From the IMG/VR virus record IMGVR_UViG_3300031565_000032: 59,057 nt of DNA. One strand, 5' to 3'. Under the pieces are notes generated by a model. That model was given only the letters and a program-made list of their open reading frames with translations. It did not search any database and had not been told where the DNA came from. Origin of the DNA: a virus. Positions 1 to 7,022 of the stretch are shown piece by piece. A program made the position numbers and the translations under genes. The number at the start of each line of letters is the position of its first letter. Positions within the stretch are counted from its first letter, which is position 1.

Positions 1-127
1 CCTGTGTATTCACCTAGTGTATTAATATCGAGTAAGCCTTTCCTGATAAAACCCCAAAATTCCGCGAAGGCATATTCCATTTCATATTTATCAAAATTAG
101 CATCTTTAACTCTGGAATAACGAATAT
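1..127. repeat. Terminal overlap copy 1, identical to 58931-59057. Implies a circular or circularly assembled genome of 58,930 bp.
   Basis: Direct comparison of both ends: 127/127 identical (cctgtgtattcacc...ggaataacgaatat). The repeat lies inside a CDS. Confidence 0.95.
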
Positions 128-191
128 TTGATGCTCCGTACCACCATCTACCTGTTTTAATGTGCCTTGCTCTGAATTTAATCTCTCTCAT
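1..191 (-). CDS. YopX family protein, N-terminal part. The gene is split by the linearisation point; the rest is 58732-58930.
   Basis: Reverse complement from ATG at 191 gives MREIKFRARHIKTGRWWYGASNIRYSRVKDANFDKYE, joining in frame to MEYAFAEF...GLKDKNGIEIYEGDIL of ORF 58732..59010. MREIKFRA and KNG.EIYEGDI are YopX hallmarks. Full product is 129 aa. Confidence 0.85.
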   Translation of the reverse strand, partial: MREIKFRARHIKTGRWWYGASNIRYSRVKDANFDKYEMEYAFAEFWGFIRKGLLDINTLGEYT

Positions 192-355
192 GCTTCCTCC
201 TTTATTTTAAGAGCTACTTCACAAGTCTCGCACCAAACTTGACGGTGTAAACAATCTGATTCAGTAAAGGGGCAGGGTGTTAAGTCTAAAATATTCTCCA
301 GGTCTCTTATAAGTTTCTCCTCGTCTGGGTCTCCGATATAAATTTCTTTAGTCAT
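188..355 (-). CDS. Hypothetical small protein (55 aa)
   Basis: ATG at 355 follows GGAGGTGA. Product MTKEIYIGDPDEEKLIRDLENILDLTPCPFTESDCLHRQVWCETCEVALKIKEEA. Stop overlaps the yopX-like ATG (ATGA). Below the ORF-track length cutoff. Confidence 0.55.
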   Translation of the reverse strand: MTKEIYIGDPDEEKLIRDLENILDLTPCPFTESDCLHRQVWCETCEVALKIKEEA

Positions 356-364
356 TTCACCTCC

Positions 365-553
365 TTAGTCACAGCCAGATAGTTCACCAAAACTTTTTAT
401 AAACTCTCCAAGTAATTTGTCTAACTTGCGCCATTCGCTTATATTTTCTTGGTCTGATTCTGTGTAGGATGCTAAGATTGCACGAAGACTCCCCTTCGCA
501 TGTTCCCATTCCATGTAGCGCATAACCTCAATGGCAGTAATACCACTATTCAT
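365..553 (-). CDS. Hypothetical protein (62 aa)
   Basis: ORF track; 4-nt overlap with the upstream gene, same-strand operon context. Confidence 0.6.
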   Translation of the reverse strand: MNSGITAIEVMRYMEWEHAKGSLRAILASYTESDQENISEWRKLDKLLGEFIKSFGELSGCD

Positions 554-933
554 TTCTTCCTACCTTCCCACCATGCGTCTAACATGGCATCGTAAATGCT
601 TTGTGCTGCTTTCGTTACCTCTTTAAACCCCTCTTTGTCTTTAGGGCATAGGTATTGCAAACCCCATTGTGTAAACATAGGTCTGGTTTCAATACTTACT
701 TCTTCCTGGCAGTAATCACACTTTTTTACCAACACTTTATTCTCCTTTAATAATATTCCCAAAATGTATTCCGTATTCAACGGTGTTTTCTTGCTGGTAA
801 TCTTCCGCCCATATAATGGCTTTCTTGAGGCTCTTCTCACGCCGTAATTCACTTCCTGTACCCGTATCGGCGCACAAGATTGATATGACGTATTCCCTTT
901 CAACTCTTGTAATTTCAAGGTAATTATTTGCAC
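550..933 (-). CDS. Hypothetical protein (127 aa)
   Basis: ORF track; abuts 934..1128 and overlaps 365..553 by 4 nt. Preferred over the alternate frame 737..937. Confidence 0.65.
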   Translation of the reverse strand: MQIITLKLQELKGNTSYQSCAPIRVQEVNYGVRRASRKPLYGRKITSKKTPLNTEYILGILLKENKVLVKKCDYCQEEVSIETRPMFTQWGLQYLCPKDKEGFKEVTKAAQSIYDAMLDAWWEGRKK

Positions 934-1128
934 TCATTCTTGTACCTCCTTATAAATCATACCTAGTTTTCTTATTGTTCTGTTATGTTTAAAGATATTC
1001 TTTTCACACTGGTCGCACAGGTTAGTCCGCCACTTCTTTGTTAAGTTTTCAAAGAGTTCAAAGATAGCATACCCGTAAACATCAGGTTCTACTTTAAGTT
1101 GTAGTGTACGTCCGCATTTACATTTCAT
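934..1128 (-). CDS. Hypothetical small Cys-pair (zinc-ribbon-like) protein (64 aa)
   Basis: CKCG...CDQC pairs; coupled to neighbouring genes. Confidence 0.6.
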   Translation of the reverse strand: MKCKCGRTLQLKVEPDVYGYAIFELFENLTKKWRTNLCDQCEKNIFKHNRTIRKLGMIYKEVQE

Positions 1129-1487
1129 TTAACATCGCCTTTAAAGATATACATTCTACGGGCTACGACTATTCTTAGGGCTTTAAGGCAGTGTAGTTGT
1201 ATGCCAGAAGCTACAACGTCTTCGTATTTAACTTTGTGTATAACTTCGTAAGAACATCTAAATTGTCTAGCACTTATTAAACTTGTGAAAATATGAAACC
1301 CAGTAGGATAACGCATATCCAAGTTGTCAATATCATCTTTCTTACTATCCTCATACCATTTATCACATCCATATCTTTTGCTCCCATTAAATTGGGGGGT
1401 TAGATGGTAGGATTGGTCTTTTTTAAAGACTTTGTACCCTTCGCCCGTTCCCTCTTTTATTACTTTGTCAACCTTACTCAAGCACAT
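1125..1487 (-). CDS. Hypothetical protein (120 aa)
   Basis: ORF track; GGAGGTG upstream of the ATG at 1487. Confidence 0.7.
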   Translation of the reverse strand: MCLSKVDKVIKEGTGEGYKVFKKDQSYHLTPQFNGSKRYGCDKWYEDSKKDDIDNLDMRYPTGFHIFTSLISARQFRCSYEVIHKVKYEDVVASGIQLHCLKALRIVVARRMYIFKGDVK

Positions 1488-1489
1488 AT

Positions 1490-1624
1490 TTACACCTCCA
1501 AATATTTAATATCAAGTTTAGAAGCTATTAGTATTACATCTCTATTTAAGTGTCTGTCTATTCTGCACCATCTTCTACCTGACTGGTGCGACCTGTGCTT
1601 TATTCCTATAGATTTAATCTTCAC
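1490..1624 (-). CDS. Possible small basic protein (44 aa, GTG start)
   Basis: My translation: VKIKSIGIKHRSHQSGRRWCRIDRHLNRDVILIASKLDIKYLEV. GTGA overlap with the stop of 1621..1902. Fills an otherwise empty 130-nt gap. Confidence 0.3.
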   Translation of the reverse strand: MKIKSIGIKHRSHQSGRRWCRIDRHLNRDVILIASKLDIKYLEV

Positions 1625-1902
1625 TTTACATCTCCTAAGAAGTTAAAAGTACCAGCGACCAAACCCATAAAAGATGGTAAAGCCTCTGCGTTGATGTATT
1701 GTTTGTGTTCCAATAGGAACTGTTTAATATCCTCCTCTGTAACTCCCTCTGGTTCATCGCCATATTTACAACATTCAAAGTCAAGTATCTCAAGAAGCCC
1801 ATAATACAATCTTTGCTCTGGGTCGCTTGGTACTGGTTGCCCCAAATTTGAATGAACTCCCGCCCTTTGTGTTATTTGTTCTAATTGTTTAGATGTTAGC
1901 AT
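1621..1902 (-). CDS. Hypothetical protein (93 aa)
   Basis: ORF track; AAGGAGGG RBS upstream. Confidence 0.7.
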   Translation of the reverse strand: MLTSKQLEQITQRAGVHSNLGQPVPSDPEQRLYYGLLEILDFECCKYGDEPEGVTEEDIKQFLLEHKQYINAEALPSFMGLVAGTFNFLGDVK

Positions 1903-1913
1903 GTTCCCTCCTT

Positions 1914-2036
1914 TTAGTTCTGAATTCCTTTAGATAAAACAGGCATATATTCATACCCATATCGTGCTAAGAATAGTTTACGTAAGGTATCACTTGAACT
2001 ATCTCTACCTCTAATCTTTACCCAGAGTATTTTCAT
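1914..2036 (-). CDS. Possible small protein (40 aa)
   Basis: MKILWVKIRGRDSSSDTLRKLFLARYGYEYMPVLSKGIQN; ATGA overlap with the stop of 2033..2242. Confidence 0.35.
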   Translation of the reverse strand: MKILWVKIRGRDSSSDTLRKLFLARYGYEYMPVLSKGIQN

Positions 2037-2242
2037 TCTGCCCTCTTGTATAAACTTATTAGACTAAAAACAGCCAGGATAACTAAAATCACTATTACAG
2101 ATACTTCCACGGCCAGAATTACATTGTTTGGCTCCGAGATGTAAAACCTGCCGTATCTTATGATGTTGGAGAAGTGCCACAATATGCCTAACCCGAAGGC
2201 TATTGTACTTATACTGGTTGTTATCTGCAATTTATCCTTCAT
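2033..2242 (-). CDS. Small membrane protein (69 aa, two hydrophobic helices)
   Basis: ISTIAFGLGILWHF and VILAVEVSVIVILVILAVFSLISL segments. Confidence 0.7.
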   Translation of the reverse strand: MKDKLQITTSISTIAFGLGILWHFSNIIRYGRFYISEPNNVILAVEVSVIVILVILAVFSLISLYKRAE

Positions 2243-2272
2243 TTTCCCTCTCCTTAGTGTAAACTTTACGTT

Positions 2273-2641
2273 TCATTCTGTCCTGAGAGGTTCTCTACGA
2301 ATGTTCGGAGTTTGACGGCGTGGATTTTCGTGGTGGCTTCTCTGAGCCTGTCTTGCATCGTCTGTAACATAACCATTCCAGCCGTGTTCAGACAGATACT
2401 TACATACTTTATACATGGCCTTAATTTGTTCGGCTGCTGCCAGGGGGTTCTCCGGGTTGATTTCCTGACAGGCATTCCAAGCAGAGACGATTAGTTGGGC
2501 GTCTGCTTCGGTATCTATATGAGCTAAATATGTACTACGTGCTTTTTCTGGTTGAGCATAAATATGAAAGTCATCATTCTCTCTGTCATATATAAATTTT
2601 AACTCTCCTTTGGTGCATCCTAGTGTTGGTTTAGTGTTCAT
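2273..2641 (-). CDS. Hypothetical protein (122 aa)
   Basis: ORF track; AAGGAGGAG upstream. Preferred over the overlapping frame 2266..2475. Confidence 0.7.
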   Translation of the reverse strand: MNTKPTLGCTKGELKFIYDRENDDFHIYAQPEKARSTYLAHIDTEADAQLIVSAWNACQEINPENPLAAAEQIKAMYKVCKYLSEHGWNGYVTDDARQAQRSHHENPRRQTPNIRREPLRTE

Positions 2642-2668
2642 GGTCTCCTCCTTTAACCTCTAAGGTGG

Positions 2669-2848
2669 CTAAACTTCCTCATAATCTGCTACGATACGCT
2701 TACAGAGTTCTAGTATTTTGTGACGGGCGTTTGTTTCGTTATCGTCAGTATAGTCTGCGCCGGAGCGTTCAGGTGCTTCCCAGTTATCGTAGCAATCCTG
2801 TAGGTCTTTTAACGTGTTCCTGAATCTACAATAGCTCATGTTACCCAT
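2669..2848 (-). CDS. Hypothetical small protein (59 aa)
   Basis: GGAGGAAAGAATA then ATG at 2848. Product MGNMSYCRFRNTLKDLQDCYDNWEAPERSGADYTDDNETNARHKILELCKRIVADYEEV. One residue under the track cutoff. Confidence 0.6.
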   Translation of the reverse strand: MGNMSYCRFRNTLKDLQDCYDNWEAPERSGADYTDDNETNARHKILELCKRIVADYEEV

Positions 2849-2860
2849 TATTCTTTCCTC

Positions 2861-2883
2861 CTTGTCTACCCCTTATAGTTAGG
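2861..2883 (-). repeat. Early-region junction motif, copy 1
   Basis: Plus strand cttgtctaccccttatagttagg; near-identical to 3390-3415. Spans the stop of one gene and the RBS of the next. Confidence 0.7.
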
Positions 2884-3085
2884 ACTCTTTTACAACGCCC
2901 CACCCACCACGATTATAATTTAAGTTCTCGTCATAAAGTAATTCCCCGCTTGTGTAACCTTGCTCAAGAAATTCTTTGACGTGTTCCTGTTCGGATTCAG
3001 GCATTTCCTGGTCTTTCTCGTACCAATAGGATATAATGTAATCCTTCGGTACACTTGCCTCAATTTCAATAGTCCTGTTGTCCAT
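2879..3085 (-). CDS. Hypothetical acidic protein (68 aa)
   Basis: ORF track; GGGAGGAGAAAATA then ATG. Confidence 0.65.
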   Translation of the reverse strand: MDNRTIEIEASVPKDYIISYWYEKDQEMPESEQEHVKEFLEQGYTSGELLYDENLNYNRGGWGVVKES

Positions 3086-3107
3086 TATTTTCTCCTCCCT
3101 TTATACA

Positions 3108-3124
3108 CTACCCTTATAGGGGTC
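3108..3124 (-). repeat. Early-region junction motif, degenerate copy 2
   Basis: ctacccttataggggtc; contains the CCCTTATAGGG hairpin core. Confidence 0.5.
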
Positions 3125-3128
3125 ATGT

Positions 3129-3383
3129 TTATTTGCTGTCGTAAGCAGTTTGAAGATTTAACCAAAATTGCGCTCCTGTTCCAAAAGCCGTTGAAAGCTT
3201 ATGTGCTAACATGAGAGTTATCCGCCTTTTCCCGTCTAGCATTTCCTCAACGAGTTTCAACTTACAACCCATTTCCGTAGCAAGCGTTTCATACGACCAC
3301 CCCCTAGTGCCTAATTCCTCTTTTATGAGTTCGCTTGGAGGAAACACCTCTGCTGGGATTCTCCTTTCATTCATTCTCTTCAC
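3129..3383 (-). CDS. HigA-like / XRE-family HTH protein (antitoxin-type, 84 aa)
   Basis: PSELIKEELGTRGWSYETLATEMGCKLKLVEEMLDGKRRITLMLAHKLSTAFGTGAQFWLNLQTAYD matches the HigA/VapI HTH pattern (PGE.L.EE...ls..elA...gv....i..il.G...it...A..L...fG.s..fWlnLQ). Confidence 0.8.
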   Translation of the reverse strand: MKRMNERRIPAEVFPPSELIKEELGTRGWSYETLATEMGCKLKLVEEMLDGKRRITLMLAHKLSTAFGTGAQFWLNLQTAYDSK

Positions 3384-3389
3384 TCCTTT

Positions 3390-3415
3390 CTTGTCTACCC
3401 CTTATAGGGGTTAGG
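3390..3415 (-). repeat. Early-region junction motif, copy 3
   Basis: cttgtctaccccttataggggttagg; CCCCT-TAT-AGGGG hairpin. Same flanks (TTAGGACT, AAGGAG) as copy 1. Confidence 0.7.
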
Positions 3416-3608
3416 ACTTTCTTATTAATCTTCCCTCTGGCGCATCTATGTGATATGATTCTAATTCACGAGTTAGCCAGCAATAAGCACATACTGCCCT
3501 CTGGTCTATTTCAGCACCCGTAAGGTAGCAATTCATGTGTTCTTTATTAGGCGGACATCGTGTTAAATCTATATCAATATTATTTATTCGTAATTCAACA
3601 ATTCCCAC
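3411..3608 (-). CDS. Hypothetical protein (65 aa)
   Basis: ORF track; operon context. Confidence 0.6.
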   Translation of the reverse strand: MGIVELRINNIDIDLTRCPPNKEHMNCYLTGAEIDQRAVCAYCWLTRELESYHIDAPEGRLIRKS

Positions 3609-3630
3609 TCTCTTTACTCCTCCCTTTTAT

Positions 3631-3942
3631 TCAGGATAGGGCTAGGACTAATACGCTTTCCCATAGTTGTAAAGCTCTAATTTTAGCGTCCTTCTTTTTG
3701 GCGTGATATTTCTCTTTACTTAGCTTGTAAAGATTTTTTGATTTAATGAAATGGTATATACCGGAAACAAACCTCTTTTTGCCGTTATGCTGAACTGGCT
3801 CAGTAGTCCAAAAATACTGATGTTTATAACCTTTGTGATGGTAATATCTATAAGCAGGACTACGAGACGTGAATAATTGTATTAATACTGGGTCACTATT
3901 AATAATGTTCTCAAGAGCTTGACGTGTCTTTTCTAAAGTCAT
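3631..3942 (-). CDS. Hypothetical basic protein (103 aa)
   Basis: ORF track; AAAGGGGGTAAAGGAA then ATG. Confidence 0.7.
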   Translation of the reverse strand: MTLEKTRQALENIINSDPVLIQLFTSRSPAYRYYHHKGYKHQYFWTTEPVQHNGKKRFVSGIYHFIKSKNLYKLSKEKYHAKKKDAKIRALQLWESVLVLALS

Positions 3943-4017
3943 TTCCTTTACCCCCTTTTAGGCTTTTATCTCTGAGGGTGTTCGCATCACCCCCAGGACA
4001 TAAGAGTCTAACTTACT

Positions 4018-4173
4018 TTATACCCTATCAAAGGCCAGATAAGATATGAGTTTCCATTGCGTGCCATCACGCTTATAAGATTCCAAAGCCCAGTGGCGCA
4101 ATGCTCTATCAGGTATTCTCGCCTTTAGTCTTCGTGCGACCCTTAACATATCCTTGAAATTTCTTGGTTTCAT
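4018..4173 (-). CDS. Possible small basic protein (51 aa)
   Basis: GGAGGTTAAGGAA then ATG at 4173. Product MKPRNFKDMLRVARRLKARIPDRALRHWALESYKRDGTQWKLISYLAFDRV. Confidence 0.45.
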   Translation of the reverse strand: MKPRNFKDMLRVARRLKARIPDRALRHWALESYKRDGTQWKLISYLAFDRV

Positions 4174-4266
4174 TTCCTTAACCTCCATATTTATTTACTT
4201 ATATTATGAGCTTACCCGCTCACTGGCTACCCTGATAACACGGCACCAGGGCAGCCGGTCAAGGGG

Positions 4267-4503
4267 TTAGCTATTTACATAGTCAATAATTGATTTTGCG
4301 CAGGCCGGGCAGTAAGGCTCATCTTCTACTAAATTGACCAATTTAGTTGTGCCACATTGATTGCAGGTAGCCCTTATGGTCATTTCCCATTTATCAAACT
4401 CTCTTAGCACTGTGTTGTAGCCTCCGCAGTTTTTGCAGCTTTCGTATGTGATAGCAGGATGATTCTTTCGTATATTCTGTAGTTCTTTTTCAGTTAGTTT
4501 CAT
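4267..4503 (-). CDS. Zinc-ribbon protein (78 aa), first gene of the minus arm
   Basis: CKNCGG...CNQCG...CPAC; GGGAGGTAAAGGAA then ATG. Confidence 0.7.
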   Translation of the reverse strand: MKLTEKELQNIRKNHPAITYESCKNCGGYNTVLREFDKWEMTIRATCNQCGTTKLVNLVEDEPYCPACAKSIIDYVNS

Positions 4504-4534
4504 TTCCTTTACCTCCCATGTATTCTATATCTAA

Positions 4535-4563
4535 ACTTTACACCCGTATTAGGTACTTGTCAA
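4535..4563 (-). promoter_or_regulatory. Sigma70-like promoter for the minus (early) arm
   Basis: Minus strand reads TTGACA-17 nt-TAAAGT. In plus coordinates, -35 is 4558-4563 and -10 is 4535-4540. It lies about 30 nt upstream of the RBS of 4267..4503. Confidence 0.6.
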
Positions 4564-4598
4564 TAGGTTTTGGGTTAAAATGGCATATTTATTTTTAC

Positions 4599-4627
4599 TT
4601 GACGGCCTGTAAAGGTTATGATACAAT
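4599..4627 (+). promoter_or_regulatory. Sigma70-like promoter for the plus arm; the downstream ATG is only 6 nt past the -10
   Basis: TTGACG (4599-4604), 17-nt spacer, TACAAT (4622-4627), then aaagat and ATG at 4634. Confidence 0.6.
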
Positions 4628-4633
4628 AAAGAT

Positions 4634-5014
4634 ATGAAGCGTGGTAGACCTAAAAAGAACTTAAAATTACGAGCTGGTGAACTTGCGATAATAGATAAAG
4701 GTATGGCCGAATCTAAAGCGGGTAAGACAATTAAAAGGGAATCTTGCGCCAGGTATGTTCCCAAATTAACGCCTTTAAAAGACTTAACACTGGAAGAGAT
4801 TAAAAGACAGAAGACAGATGTTTGCCAATTCCCAGATTGGAAGCGTAAAGCTATGGTAAATAGTAATTACTCTAATGAATGTTACATCCCTACTGCAGAT
4901 TATAATAAAATGTATCCGGGTAAACTAGAGGAATTATATAATAATCGTTATATCAAACCTACTAAGGAAGAGGTAAACAAATATGGAAAAACTACCTATA
5001 AAGAGAGAACTTAA
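4634..5014 (+). CDS. Hypothetical basic protein with N-terminal GRPKK (AT-hook-like), 126 aa
   Basis: ORF track. No RBS, and the ATG sits at the predicted transcription start. Confidence 0.65.
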   Translation: MKRGRPKKNLKLRAGELAIIDKGMAESKAGKTIKRESCARYVPKLTPLKDLTLEEIKRQKTDVCQFPDWKRKAMVNSNYSNECYIPTADYNKMYPGKLEELYNNRYIKPTKEEVNKYGKTTYKERT

Positions 5015-5387
5015 TGCAGAGCAGATATTATTCGCTAAATGGCTATCGGTCCCCGGGCAGCAGAAGGGCACACAGAAAGATTTAGCAATAGAATTGGGAG
5101 TCTCTGACCAGACTTTATGCAATTGGAAGAAAGACCCCCGGATTATAGAAATAAAAAGAGAATATATAGATGCCATGGGAGACGATTTGGTCCCTGATGC
5201 TATAGAAGCTCTAAAAAAACAATTAACATCAAAGAATGAGATGGTAGCCAACAAAGCAGCTAAAGACATATTAGACAGATGGGGGCAGACAAGGCAATTA
5301 GGCAGGATAACATCTATAAAAGAGTTCTACGTATACTTAGAGAATAAGGGTAAAGTAATCGACATTACTGCCGAAGATGTGGAATGA
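4983..5387 (+). CDS. HTH DNA-binding protein resembling the phBC6A51-type / small-terminase N-terminal HTH (134 aa)
   Basis: LNAEQILFAKWLSVPGQQKGTQKDLAIELGVSDQTLCNWKKDPRI, an HTH followed by a helical tail. The terminase-small role is not established because the gene is 17.5 kb from terL. Confidence 0.5.
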   Translation: MEKLPIKRELNAEQILFAKWLSVPGQQKGTQKDLAIELGVSDQTLCNWKKDPRIIEIKREYIDAMGDDLVPDAIEALKKQLTSKNEMVANKAAKDILDRWGQTRQLGRITSIKEFYVYLENKGKVIDITAEDVE

Positions 5388-5479
5388 TGTTTGAATTTTG
5401 GTGTGGATTTATAACCGGCGCGGGGTTTGTTTTGGTAATAGTAGCTTTTTGTCTATGGCGAATAAGTAAAAGGGCTTAA
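5384..5479 (+). CDS. Possible 31-aa membrane peptide
   Basis: ATGA overlap with the upstream stop. Product MMFEFWCGFITGAGFVLVIVAFCLWRISKRA. Confidence 0.35.
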   Translation: MMFEFWCGFITGAGFVLVIVAFCLWRISKRA

Positions 5480-5666
5480 TATTGATGAATTTGTACATCA
5501 TATAGATATGGACAAGTCAAACAACAAGAAAAATAATTTGCACATTTCAAAACAATACGCTCATAAAAAGATACATGCAACATTTAATCATTTATGCAAA
5601 GAACTTATGGCTAGGGGTATAGTAACTTTTGATAAGGAGAGTGAAGGTTATGGATTGCAGCCCTGA
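5466..5666 (+). pseudogene. HNH endonuclease C-terminal remnant without a usable start codon
   Basis: Frame reads VKGLNIDEFVHHIDMDKSNNKKNNLHISKQYAHKKIHATFNHLCKELMARGIVTFDKESEGYGLQP. It has the HH..D...N..NL core only. The frame opens just after a TAA with no ATG/GTG before the motif. Confidence 0.4.
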
Positions 5667-6069
5667 GTATATCAAGATGTGTAATTGTCCTGAGATACAG
5701 CAATACAAGGTTCATAGACAAACAGATATGTATTTGCACAAGGGGATTGACGGGGATGAAGTTATGGCTGGCTATAATCTTACTTATGTTGCGAACTCTA
5801 TCTGGCTACCCCGTCAAGACCAGTTACAGGAGATGGTATCTCTTGATTCATTAAAAGAGAGGCATTGGTGGTATAAAGGGATAAGCCTCACAGAATGTCT
5901 TATATGGGGGATGGTTGATTTCGTAGATGCAGGCACTCATGATTATATATTTTGCATGAAAGGTTACGCCAAACAGTTCATCTCTATGGAACAACTTGGG
6001 TTAGCCTTTTGTATGGCTGAAAAATATAACAAATGTTGGGATGGAGAGTCGTGGAAATTAAGACAATAG
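5650..6069 (+). CDS. Hypothetical protein (139 aa from ATG 5650; the track's TTG start is 5629)
   Basis: AAGGAGAGTGAAGGTT then ATG; MDCSPEYIKMCNCPEIQ... Confidence 0.7.
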   Translation: MDCSPEYIKMCNCPEIQQYKVHRQTDMYLHKGIDGDEVMAGYNLTYVANSIWLPRQDQLQEMVSLDSLKERHWWYKGISLTECLIWGMVDFVDAGTHDYIFCMKGYAKQFISMEQLGLAFCMAEKYNKCWDGESWKLRQ

Positions 6070-6455
6070 AATTTAATGGCAAAAAATACAGACCGGTTTG
6101 TGTTTGTGGGAGATGGGTTAATCGTTCTACTACTAACCCTAGAACTTATTTATCTCGTGATATGTGGTGTTTCTATACAAACGAAGTATTGGGGAATCGT
6201 GATATTATACATCATATTAATAGGGATTCACTTGATGATAGAATGAGCAACTTTGAGAAGTATTATTGGGGACTTCACTCATCAAAACATCTAACTGGTA
6301 TTAAACGTAGTGAGGAAACTCGTAGAAAAATCAGTATTGGTAAATCAAAACCTAATCCTGTTAGAAGTTTAAATATCTTGGGAGAGAATAACCCTAATTG
6401 GAAGGGTGGATTCTCTAATTCTTATAAGTATAGCCCTTATCGTAACTTAGTGTAA
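6033..6455 (+). CDS. HNH homing endonuclease with NUMOD-like C-terminal repeats (140 aa)
   Basis: IIHHINRDSLDDRMSNF (HNH core), followed by GIKRSEETRRKIS and GENNPNWKGG (NUMOD3-like). Confidence 0.75.
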   Translation: MLGWRVVEIKTIEFNGKKYRPVCVCGRWVNRSTTNPRTYLSRDMWCFYTNEVLGNRDIIHHINRDSLDDRMSNFEKYYWGLHSSKHLTGIKRSEETRRKISIGKSKPNPVRSLNILGENNPNWKGGFSNSYKYSPYRNLV

Positions 6456-6727
6456 TGAAAGAGAAATTTAATAAAATACGGAACGGTACTAAGTGGGTAA
6501 TAGTATAAAAGCAATTACGGGCTAATCCCTCTTCTATAAAGGATGAAGATGTTTGCCAACTCAAATATATAAGGAGGACAACAGTGGATAATAAATGTCT
6601 TAAACTAACAAAAGGTAATACCCCTATTGAATATATTAACAATGGGGGGGTATATGGCTCATAAGAATAGAGGTACCAATGCGGGTTACGTAAAACTGAT
6701 GGTATCAGGCACTTAGCTGATATTGAT

Positions 6728-7018
6728 ATGGAGAATAAGGCCACTAATATGAAGGCTATTTTAAACAAGGGTATTATGGTACTGGGTAGTATGTTTTTAA
6801 TTTCTTATCTTGTACTTAAAGTTTTAGCCAATGCTGTCCAAAAGGCTAGGCACGAATTCTATGACACCAGGCAAGATAATGGCAGAGGTACAAAAGCTAG
6901 TCTCAAAGATGGGGCTAACAATTATGTTTATGTAAAGGTAGGGGGTCATAATTTACAAACATTGCGACAGGCTCTGAGAGCATGCCTCTTAGAAAATCCA
7001 ATTAAAAATAAGTTTTAG
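6728..7018 (+). CDS. Hypothetical N-terminally membrane-anchored protein (96 aa)
   Basis: GIMVLGSMFLISYLVLKVLA hydrophobic segment. Confidence 0.6.
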   Translation: MENKATNMKAILNKGIMVLGSMFLISYLVLKVLANAVQKARHEFYDTRQDNGRGTKASLKDGANNYVYVKVGGHNLQTLRQALRACLLENPIKNKF

Positions 7019-7022
7019 GATT

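Noticed and set aside
4549-4764. ORF 4549..4764 (-), 71 aa.
   Set aside because: It spans the divergent promoter region and runs antisense into the 4634 gene. There is no RBS.
4983-5387. Firmly annotating this gene as the terminase small subunit.
   Set aside because: Only a generic N-terminal HTH resemblance is visible, and the gene is far from terL, which is instead coupled to the neuA-like gene. It is kept as an HTH protein with the TerS role as a possibility.
6415-6768. ORF 6415..6768 (-), 117 aa, in the 6456-6727 gap.
   Set aside because: It is on the wrong strand for this arm, overlaps both neighbours, has a hydrophobic low-complexity composition and has no RBS. The gap may instead hold tiny plus-strand ORFs (for example GTG 6584) that I could not support.
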